The notes under the pieces were generated by a model that searched no databases, was not told the origin of the DNA, and was given only the letters and a program-made list of their open reading frames with translations. The position numbers and the translations under genes were made by a program. A DNA stretch of 64,000 nt from Phoronis australis (lineage: Eukaryota > Animalia > Phoronida). Shown here piece by piece: positions 48,015 through 60,000 of the stretch (positions within the stretch are counted from its first letter, which is position 1; each line of letters opens with the position of its first letter). The DNA is taken from NCBI GenBank assembly GCA_002633005.1, contig NMRA01000008.1:2128809-2192808 (forward strand), written 5' to 3'.

Positions 48015-51000
48015 CTACATAAACTGTGACATGGGGTCGTCGAACTTTGGCCTCTTCATCCTGTATGCTTCCATTTCTTCTTTGGTTGGTTCTCGCACAT
48101 TAACCATACTGTTATAGGGTCGCTTCCTTTCATCCATGGCCAGTAACCTGTCAGCTTCCTTCCGTTCCTCCTCCTGCCTTAGCAGTGCCTGAAATAGCAG
48201 AATGTTGTTTTTTATATTGTTTGTTCATGACCTTTGCACAGCTGTCTATTAAAAACTTCTATTAGCCAAATACCGGAACACCACGGTACCCTCTCTGATT
48301 CTGCAACATTTAACCACAACGCTGCGCATCCATAGAGCACTTGCATGCATCTCAAAAGAGCATGAGCAGCCCTGCCTTTCAAATTGTACAATGCATTTTT
48401 CTACCTCCACAAAAGAGGAGAGTTGAATTCGGGTTGTGGGGATTGGATTACAGTGGTGTTGCGGTATTGCAGCGTGTGACCCAAACTAATCCAAATTATT
48501 TCAACCTGCGTACACACCGTTGAATTGGTGCTTATACCCTTTTGTTCAATCATGCAATGAGGTCACAAGCAATTTGTGCAGGGTTACGCAAAGCTTTGAC
48601 ATCACAGCAAAGACTTGATTGTTGGCTTTTGCATTGACATTTTTCTCGAAAATGAGGTGGCTGCCATGGTTTATGTGTCAAAAGAAAAATTAGTATCCAC
48701 ATCACTAAATGCAATACAACCCAAAAGTATTCAGACAAAATGACCCGGAATTCTCTGTCACGATGGCAACTGAATTAGATACAATGACGGGAAACGGCAT
48801 TTATTTGATTACTTTTGTCATGTTGCATGCGCCAACACAGGTGGTTTTATGATACATATAACAATTCCAATTTTAACTAAATCAACAAACCACATAGGTC
48901 ATGAATAATTTTCCCATGAAATTTGGTGGAACTCAAAATCCCTGCAAATTTGTGTCCCCGTGCAAAAAAGTTTTCCTAGTAAAAATTTGCTTCAAAAATA
49001 CACAAGATTACTTCGACCAATTTGCTCATTCCAACAGCACTAGTAACCCAGACATACAAGAGGTGTAACTTGTCTAATACCTAGAAAACAAATTTACGCT
49101 AATTCGATAATAATTAGAAAATAAGTGGACGGTACATACCAGTTTCAGTTTCTGCTCATCAATTTCATCTGAATCACTATCACTACTCTCGCTACTACTG
49201 CTTTTAGACTTCCTTTTCTTGTTTTTCTTTTTCTTCCTTTTCTCCTTTTTCTTGGAATTGGCTTTTTGTAATTTTTCCTGGTGTTGCTACAATGATAGTA
49301 AACGCTTATTAACAAGCAACCACAGAAATACATCAAAAGTTACAAAGCTATATTAACTTCGTCGGTAAAAAAACTGTTGTACACTTAGTAGGCAGTCAGG
49401 CCTCACAAACTGAAAATTAATGGGTGATTAAATATTTAGCAGATTTGCAAAAGCACAACATGTAAAAGTCAACTACCGTGTAATGCACTCGCGCGCCTAT
49501 ATCAGGAAAAACACGTTCCTGAAAAAACAACTTTCTACTCAAGTGTTGCACATACAGTAGAAGACAAAAATACTCAAGACAAAAACAATCCAGACAAAAG
49601 TAATCCAGACACACTTGCTCACAACGCTGATAATGTAACATCTGAGGTTACTAGTACCTTCCAACACGTAAAGAAGCAAACTAGGAGTTGTAATAACTGC
49701 TCAACAACAAAGGAAAAAACACAGATAGACTGGGATTTGACCGTCTACCTCCCAACGCTAAGGAAAGAAATAACTATGCAGGAGTTGTGGCACAGCTTGT
49801 GGACGTCGTTGGACATCGAGGACTTTAGTTGCCCAAACTGTAATAGTCTCAGTGGCCAGCTCACATGGTCATTAGTAAAACCGCCAAAATACCTTTGTAT
49901 TCATATCTTACGAACCGCGACTAATGGTGAAAAAATCAACACAAAGATTTCCTCTTATGACCTCTCCGGCTACAAAATAAAAGCAATCATTGAACACCAT
50001 GGAAGAAACACGACGGGTGGTCATTACACATGCTGTGTTAAATCGTCAGCATGGGAATGGATAAATTTTGACGACTCTACAGTCACAAGTACATCCAAGC
50101 CTCCCCTGGATGCCTACATTGCAATATATGAATTATAAACCAACAAAGGAAATCAACATAAAAAATATGGCGCAATTTCAACATCAGCGTCGCATATCAC
50201 ATCTGACGCAGCCAAGTCAAGTTATTTTTGAAATTCATCCTGGTACGGGAATTGGAGATAGTTAGGCCTATAAAAGATCTTTAACCCAGCCGCAGAGCGT
50301 CTAAAGCCGCGCACCGTACCAGTGACTGCTGGCAACTCATCGGAGACTCAACTTTAACATCCTTCACCGCAGAGATAACAACTCTTGGGCTGTCTCCGAT
50401 GAGTCCATTCTTTGTTGAATGTTTAGGTAAATTCAGACAAAAGTAATCCAGACAAAATGATGTTTTCCCATCGTATCTAATTGTGTTAACGGCAAAAATT
50501 ACTTGCAATAACTATTATGGCGGCAACATTCTAATTTACAGAATAGTTTATCTATCTCGCTAACTTTCCAGATAATTTCTCTTCATTCTCCGTCTTGAGG
50601 AAGACTACTCTGATGGAGAATTTGGCATCTGTCCAGCCGTCACAACGAGGAATTCTGGACTATTTTTGCAAAATACTTTTGGCTTATACTGTAGGCGCAT
50701 GGATTTAATTTCACTTACAGACACGTGGCCTTTTATTGCACACGCACTACTTTTTGGTCAGTCTTGTCCATTCTTTATATTTTTCATTTCTTAAGTTGCA
50801 TTTTGTCTTGTGCTTTAGCAGTCTTGTAATACTCCTCACCATGATAGGATTCCATTTTTGTAGTCTGCTAAAGTCACAAGCAATGCGTACATATGCCATT
50901 TTTGAATTTTCAATTTTAGGGTTAGCCAACCCCAATAGACATTGTCTAGTACTTTCTATAGCCATTCATGGTTTCGATGTTCTTGTAGGCAACAGAAATG

Positions 51001-54000
51001 GAACCCTGTCACAGTAAGGAATGTTACAAGACTGATTTTATGAAAGTAAAACGCCTAACTTGATTTTCATTGTTAGCCAGCTAAACTGGGAAAAATGTAG
51101 CTTTAATAGACAACATTGAGACAAGTACATGTAACCATCAACTATTTTGTAATAAATAAGCAAACCGTCACTTGCATGTGATTTTAAAACTCAGCTCAAG
51201 TTTATTGGTTTTACTTTAAATGCACCATATAAAGACCCATGTACATTTTAAATGTACCATACAAAAGACCCATGTACATGTTAAATGTACCAACCACTCA
51301 ATATCCTCAAAGCCATTATAACTACCTGATACAATGACTTGGGTTCTTTTTCTTCTTCAACTTCTGGCTGTTTCTCACTTAATGCAATAAGTTGACCCTA
51401 CAAAGCAAAGTGGTTCCAATCAATACTGTGTACAAACTAGCTATAAAGTTCTTAACACACAGTCAGGCATTTGAAGAAATCAATCAGAGACTTAAGAGTG
51501 TTAAATTCACAAGAAAATCTTATTTTATAGTTTTTTAACTTCAAACAAAGCTTCTTGCCCTAGTCATTTGTATTACATAGAGGAGGAAACTGATAATAGA
51601 CAAAAAATTACCGATTAAAATGGGAATCTGTAGTTCAACTATGAAGTTTGCTAGAAAAAATTAGGAGTAAGGTGGTTTTACTTTGGTTTTAAAAACATCT
51701 CTCATGATTTCAAACACAATAAATTTACACTTCTGACAGACAAAATATTTTGGTACCCTTTCAAACTTTTAAGTTTAAAAAGGCATGAGCCCCAACTTTT
51801 AAGAATAGTTTTAAGAGTCCGAAATTAAGGAAACTTTATCAGCCCCTACTTCTTAGGAAAAAAATGAGTTTCAAGAGTAAATTTAAGGGTTTTTCATTCA
51901 TTACAGAAAGCCAAGTATCCAACAAGTTGTCAACTTCATTTGAGTTAGACCACTATAAGACAACACCCGGAAGCTACTTTTAACTAAAGAAATGTATACA
52001 TCATGAGACTGCTTTCTGATCATATGGATTTGAGCCTGAATCCTTCGTAGTTGCAATCCTACACTCTGCTAGCCAAGTTAAATCCCACTAGAGCATTTTA
52101 AGTGTACTTAACTGATGAAGTCAGTCTTGATTTCAGAGAATGTCTGCCAGACCATAGTAATTAGAATTGGTAACTTGTAATAAAATCGCAAACGCACAAT
52201 GGATTTTATTATTTAGTACGACGTTCAAAGCTAATAACTTTGAAAAGTGTATCCAACAGTATTCTCCAAAATGCATTTTCTGCTGTAAAAATGATAACGT
52301 CTCTTCAACTTTTCAAGAATTGTTTAAGTGATGACGAAGAAAACAACATACACACAGTTATCATAAGCTCAACAAGTAACCACTCAAGACATTCCCATGA
52401 CATCTTACCCTCCTTTAAAATCTTCCGACTTACCTCCGCCACTTCTTTTCCTGCTTCCCCTGTGCAGTAAGATTCTTTTATCATTGAGTGACAACACTTA
52501 TAACCCCATTGGCCCCTGCTCCAGTAGGAACCCCACACAGTCTGTAAACAAGCAAAATGCCATCTTGATCTGATATTGAAGCAATATGTTCTATTACCAT
52601 CACATGAATTCAATGGGTACGCTGTACATAAAGCAGTGTTCTCACCAGGCTTTTTGAGCACAGAGGCCTACCGTACTCAAATTTGGCCACCATGCTCACA
52701 TTTTGAGACACTATGGTCTAATTGTTGACAAAACACAAAACACGATGGTAAGGCACGTGACTAACTGGTGAACAGTCTCAAAATATTCACCTGAAAAGAA
52801 AATGTTTGGCACAGACTATATACGAGCTTCACATGAAACAATACCAATGCGATAGATAGTGAAAAATTGAAACTAACATCAGACAGTACCCAAAACTGAG
52901 AACAAAATTATTATTCAGTGTTCCTGGACTGCTCATCCTCTATAAACAAGCATCTAGATAAAACAGTCATACAGAGCAAGACACTCATGATGCTGTTGGG
53001 AGATTCTGTTGTGCCCAGTTAATAACATATCAACTTATAATAAATACATGACAAAAAGTTGACACAATTCATTAAAGTTAAGTCTAGAAATTCATTTGCG
53101 TTTAAGAACTTAACGGAATTTCTTTACTTCATATGTATTGGGCTAACCAGATAGTCCTAGAAAAGCCTTAGCGAAATTTGAAAATGCGAGTTCAAGCACT
53201 CAAATTTAGACCCGCCAAATGATAAGTGAAGTTGCTTTTTTGTGCCATATTTTGTCACCACGAGATCCCTGCACAAACAACAAAAGACCGACAACAGTTG
53301 CATCGAATAAAGAACTGAATAGAACAACTTTGTGTGCAGGATTTATTCGCAGCTGTCTGAATTAAAAAGTGATTCTCGTGGTAACGTAGACAAAAGCAAG
53401 CCAATCCATCAAACGCATTTAGCAATTCATGGCACTGGTGGGCTCAGAGTGATACTGTAGGAACCAAAGTTTACTGGCGTTACCATTCAATACAGGCTTT
53501 AAAATGAAAGTCATGACAATGCTCTTGGCATTAGTACAGCAAATTACTCCTATATTGCTCATTATTGTACTATTCCATCTCTTAATTGCTTGTCTCTTGC
53601 CCTAATAAAATGCCCACAATCTTCAGGCACTGACATGCTTCATGTGCTTTCCGTATTCGGATTCATTGTGCAAACACAATGACTGACTAACGAAAAACAC
53701 TGCCTATACTACACATGAACAGAAATGCAGGGTACTGAAACACACTGAACTCTGAATGGAGCACCTACAGTCAATTTAGCACTGAAATACATCAATGATA
53801 ACAGAAAAAAACCACATTGATTTCCCCTTAAAATTTGAAATTTGATTTTCCTAAAGCAATGTGCTAAATTGGTAATGAAATATATGACTCATTGTATTCC
53901 TTGTATAGGGCTTGCACAAATGCACACGAGACTTGGTCACATCCACAGCACAGAACTGGCACAAATGCACATGAGGCTTAGTCATATCCATTGTATGGGG

Positions 54001-57000
54001 CTGGCACAAATGCAAGACATCGTCATACCGTGTGATTGTTGTTATAGATGTCCTCTTCATAGCGAGACCTGATGATTGCTTTCTCTTGTCCTTTGATTAC
54101 TTTTCCAGATCGAGAGTACTCAACGTAATTTTCCTTAAAGAAATAGGAAGTTCACGAGTTAATTACAGATGACACAACGGATGTGGATTTTCACAACACG
54201 TCCCTACTTAAAGCCTAAATATTGAAATCTCCAACACAGTTGTCTCCAAAGTTCTGTTGTTAAGACAGCAATTGGTTTCTTCAACCTTTTTATATTCCTT
54301 AAAAGGAATTGAGGTCATCTGTGATTGATATGAAGCAATACAGTTTCAGAAACGCTGACCACCAGACTGTCAAACCAGATGGCTTTTTGACACTATTTTC
54401 TATATGCAATGCAATCGATATGTTTGAGGATGAAAATTACTGTCTATCACGGACATATTTTTGAAGTTGAGTGATCCGGTGTAAAATTGTGAGTAAGGAA
54501 GCAATGCTCCTTTAACGTGTTAACTGATTTTAAGCACTATGAAATGTAATGCAAAGCCTGTCGTCTATGGCAGATGACAGTGGTCGCATCATTGAAAGAC
54601 AAATGACAGACTGCCTGAAAAGATTTTCAAAAAATTTTAAGAGTATTTCCTAAGACATTGAGGCTATGTTCCCTAGATGCAAGATTATCACACAAAACAA
54701 AATCACATGACACTATGCAAAATCACGCAAGTGAAAGGCGAATGTCATAAAAGTATGCTCAGGAGCTTACTAGTCTACCGTAGAAAATAGCAACCAAGGA
54801 AGTGATTGGTTTGTAGGTTGGAAAGTTGAATTATAAAAGAGAATCCACGGTTTACATTCCATAACCAAAGATATGTAGCGGCAAGTGCTTAACCAGTGTC
54901 GTGGATCTATGAAATGCAGTTCAGGGACTGAGACCACCAAAATGTACTCAATCATTTAACTTGAATACTGATCAATCTCTGAACTGGCTTTACTAAAACT
55001 GACTGACTGAATGACGCAATAGTTGATCACAGCCAACTTACTGTCTGAGCCAGCAGTAACTCCTTGGGTAATGTGTTCAGGTGTTCCTCTCCACCATACT
55101 TATCTAATACACTCGATTTTTTGTCACCCTCAAATTTGTCTTTCTTCTCTTGGTACTGCTTCTTCAGAAGCTCCAGTTTGGTGGGGTCGGCTTGCAGGTG
55201 CACCTCGGCTCCCTTCTCATACGCCTCCCACGCAAACACTACACAATGGTAAGAGAACATAGAATGTGAAATGCAGTTACCAACAATTCATGAAAACACT
55301 AGCAGAGGCCAATACCATCAAACTTTACTAGAGACTCAACTGGAAAAATATACCAATCCCACAGCATGCTCTGAGTAAACTTTCATATTTTACCCAACGT
55401 AATATGCATTTTTCTGGGCTTCCGAATAGCACCACCAAAGACAACTCACTTAGCTCACCAAAATGTGTACCCACGATCAACACCACACAACTCAACATTT
55501 CCGAAAAGATGACTCTAGAAGTCGAGATTTCCTGATAAGTAGCAATTTACTAATAATTAAATCCAATTCAGAAATTTTCAATATTATTCAATGTTTATTT
55601 CTGCTTCAAATTTGCAAATTTTTCAAAAAAGAAACTTCCCAGTCGTCTGGTTTCTCTGCAACCTGTTATTAACTGCTGTCAATGCACATGTGATTTCTAC
55701 AGTAAACAAGATGGCATGTGAATAGTGCAATCTGTTTGCATCTGAGACTTGAGAGGGATTGATTTAAGACACCATTCAAAACTTGTTTGTTCACGAAAAT
55801 AGTACGAGTGACAAACGTGGGTACACTGTTGATCGTGGGCACACCGCTGATTGTGACTTCACTGCTGATCATGAGTACATTGTCTATCGCCGGTATTTTG
55901 ATGTTAATGGCCTCCCAGGAAGTGACAGTAACCTCGTTTCTGACATCTTAAGACAATGTGAAGATAATTATGGCGAAAAAATGAGACACAAGCTAATAAA
56001 GAGACAACGAGGAAAAGGTTATTGTAAGGGTGCATCAGGTTGAAGAAGAGACAGGAATGTACCAAGAAGTGTAGACCATCTTGAATATGGAACACCAAGG
56101 ATAGGAAAGTGCTCTGGGAAAGGTCAAAGTTCACAAACAGACAAACTACACTGCAGCAACATAGATGGCGTAACTTGAATACGAACAACAAAAGCAACAG
56201 TTCCAAAAACATTCCTGTTCACAGATGAAACAAAAACAACGTAGAAAATTTATCTGAAACTAAATAAGGCGATCCAGATCCTCCCAAGGATACTATTGTT
56301 TCATGAAATGAAGAATATAAATCGGTAAATAAAACAACAAGAATGGATCAACTGAAATTTGAAATTTTCGGATGTAACAACTTCCTTTATCAACAAAAAC
56401 AGAAATAAAGTAAAATCAAACACAAAATGACAATTGACATATAACAAAAACACCAATGCAAGTTTATTTTTGGTTTTGTCACAGTGTGTATTAGAACCTG
56501 CTGGATGTTTTATACTCACACTGTTGTGTGGCCATGTCATGCGCATCTCCCGAGTAACGTACAAAGTTGTCACCAGAAAAGCCCAGACCAAGCCTACAAT
56601 CATAACAAATATCTCACTCAACATTAACTCGTATGCAATGTATACGCATGCTACTGTAGCTTGGGAACCCCTTTCTGGAGAGGCGGGACTCATTGAAAAC
56701 ACAATTTGTGCTCCCTTTCTCCACATTCGTCTTTTCTGGATCTCGAAAATGAGGCAATTTCACAACATATGGACAGTTCCAACATGCCACTTTTGTAAAT
56801 AAATGCAAGAATCAGGTTTGTCACCCATATACAATGACCCCATCACAACAATTTACAGATTTTTTAAAATAATTTTGTGGGAAATCTTTTTTTCAATTAA
56901 TGAATTCAAAACTTCAGTCACTGTACTTCACTTATTTAGCACACAATATGGCCAACAAGTGAAATTCTATTTTGTGAAATTTCTCTACAAAAATAGAGAT

Positions 57001-60000
57001 TTAGCAAAAATTTAGCCTATAATTAGCCTAATTTGCAGAATGATCTAATAAAACAATATTCGTCAAGTTTTCATTATAGGTAGCAATGAACGAAACCAGT
57101 TTTTGAAAAATTGGAAAAAAAAATTGCAATTTTTACACAAAATCAACAGATAATTACCAAGATCAAAGATAACACAAATCAATATATCTGAACCAGACAG
57201 TCCAATCAATGATAATTTGTTGTCCAGAGCACAGTTGCTGTAGTTTATGAAACCTGCTACTGAAGAGTGTGCTTGTGTTATGTACTTACTCTGTTGGGTC
57301 TTTATTGGTACCCTGGAGGGGATTTTCCCTCATAGATCGTGTCTTTGGGTCATAGTAGGCTGAGTTCGGGTCCAAATTGTACAGGTACTACAACATAATC
57401 AATAATGTTAAAATACTTTTTAAGTGTGCTTTAAGTTAAGTGTCACAAACAGCCCACCGTGAAGATGCTCCCAACACTTTGATAAGTATAGAAATGTTAG
57501 TGATATTAATGAGAAAAAATTATAAATCACAACTCCTGGAACTTACTGTAAAATTTGCATCTAGTTATTCACCTGGAAGAATGATAATGTCGTCCAGCAA
57601 TAACAATAGGTATAGTAGGTAATAATAAAAGCTATATAGACTGCATTGCTTAGCAACACATAGATGTCAACAACGTATACTCACAACTATTATCTTAGGT
57701 AATTGCTAACATGGCAATCCTTCCTCTTCTTAACATGTTTACAAAAGATTTAAAAGTCACTGTCAACTGCAGTCCCTCGGTCTTCCACTCAAATGAATCG
57801 AGCTAATTTCGACTTGTACCTTAGAATAGCAACTCGCTAAACAAGGCTGCATCTCTTCAATAATTAAAATGAAATTTCAGACACCGCTACACCAACAATC
57901 TAAATTTACGTACTTTTGCAGTGTCTTCTCGAATACGCAGATTCCTCACTGTAATACGCTGTTTTGTCTCAAACTTCTGGCCAGGCATGTCCACATCTTC
58001 AGCGTACTTGTCTTCATCGTCTCCGTCATCATCATCCTTCATAGAAAAATCAATAGGTAGTGAAAATGCGCTAGATATTTCACAGCAGTTACATTTTGCA
58101 GTTAAAAAAATAAATTTAGCTTGTTTGCAGTTTCACAAAGACAGAACTATACAATGTTGCACCGGTATTTTGTGCACTTCAGCTTGGCTTCTGATGTTGC
58201 TGCCACTAGGTGGAGCTTAGATAAGCATGTACAGCACAAGCCAAAAGTATTCAGACAAAATGACCAGGAATTCCCAGTCACGACTGCTGAGCAGACGTCG
58301 ATTTCATAGTCAGAGTAGTCTCCCCTGATGACCGTGAATGAAGGGGAATTAATGGGAAAGTTAGTAAGGTGACTGTGCCATTCTGTAATTAGAATTCTGC
58401 CACCCTAACAGTCATTACCAGTAATATTTGCTGATAACAGGATTAGCCATCGTGATGGGGAACACTACATTTCTCTGCAGTTGTATATAACTGTATTTAA
58501 TATAAATCAACACGTTGATATCGTATAAGCAAGAATTGCCGAGTATGAAGACTAATAATTCATGCTTGTAATATTTTGTCTGATTACTTTTGTCTTCTAG
58601 TGTACGCAAGATATGATAACTTTGTAAAACGTTAATTTGTCAATAAAGAAATGAAACTATTTTTTTCAAAATAAGTCACCACCGAGACCACATAATGAAT
58701 TTGGCAACAATTTACTCTTTGCTTGTAAAAGTGACTTATTAAGTACCTTTTGCGAAAAAAGTTTAAGCTTCATGAGATATTTGAACAACTTCATTATCCA
58801 TACATTCTCCATCAGGTCAGGATGACAATGGAAGAGTAAAACTCAACATAACTAAACATCCATAGTGAAGCTACCTTCAACTGTTATTACGACTGAGGTG
58901 TTACGAGACTGTACTACTAAACAGTGATGAGGAATATTCAAGAAAGGAGTGTTAATCATTCTTTGTTTCGTCCTGTGATAACCAAGACCCTCACTCACCT
59001 GAGGGAAAAGGTGATTTTTTCTTCTGAGAAGGGAATTTTTTAGTTGAGGGGAAAATTGCTCCCACACCAGTTCCCATCAATTCCATCTTTGGCAGCCACC
59101 CCTGATCAACAAAACCTCACGAAGACAAAACGCTTTACAGAGAATTGATTCTAATCTTGAGGGGAAGTTTTTTATCATCGGAGGGGAATTTTTGGGCCTG
59201 ACAAGGGTAATTTTGTGTAATTTTTAAATATTTTTCATAGGCAGATGTTCCATCCCAAAATCGAGGCATCAAGAGCCATGAACTTGGCATTTCTCAGTTC
59301 CTTCCCCTGCGTACCTTGTGTACCCTGTGTGACAATTAAAATGTAGATTACCACCATTAAGGGGTAATTTACCTTTTTGAGTGTCTCTGTTTCTCCACTT
59401 TCTAATGCTTTGTCGAGATTTTTAGATTTTAAAATACGTTTTGCCTCTTCTAACTTGGCATAATCTTCTATTATTCTTTTGTGTTCATCGGTGTCATAAC
59501 CATTCCACCTGAAAATGCGAATAAATTAAACCAAGTATCAGACAATACAATGGTGGTGCAGAGAATTAACCCAAGAAACGAATCACTGTATCTAGGATTA
59601 CATAAACATAGTGGCAAATTAAGTAAAAAATATAATAATGAGTAATAACGCAAAGAAAATAACAAAAACATAAGGAAATTATATGACTTTGATGAAGTAT
59701 TAATAAAAATAAAAATAAAAACAAAAAAACAAACAAAAAGCTCAGCGTAGCGTAGAAATTAAAACAATTACTTACTATGACATTTAAAATGAAATTATGG
59801 TTTTGGAGGAATAAAAAAAATTACAGTTATAATCTAAGTTGTGGCAACTATATAATAAAAAGCGAGTTATCAAAATGAGGCTGCGAAAGAACCAGTCATG
59901 CTCAGCATTACAGACGCGGGATGTGAGCATGTAGCCAGCATCAATATTAGTTAGTAATAAACCACACATACACTTATTAGTAAAGTTGGTAAAATTATGA

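Noticed and set aside
50330-50433. Hammerhead ribozyme at the end of the USP insert
   Set aside because: ccgatgag resembles the CUGAUGA core, but the U is replaced and no correctly placed GAAA follows stem II on either strand.
53900-54015. Degenerate ~48-bp tandem repeat next to a SLU7 donor
   Set aside because: Only 2-3 decayed copies; an ordinary intronic minisatellite.
55783-56212. ORFs in a SLU7 intron
   Set aside because: Short, no recognisable domain, and not needed for the complete SLU7 reading frame.
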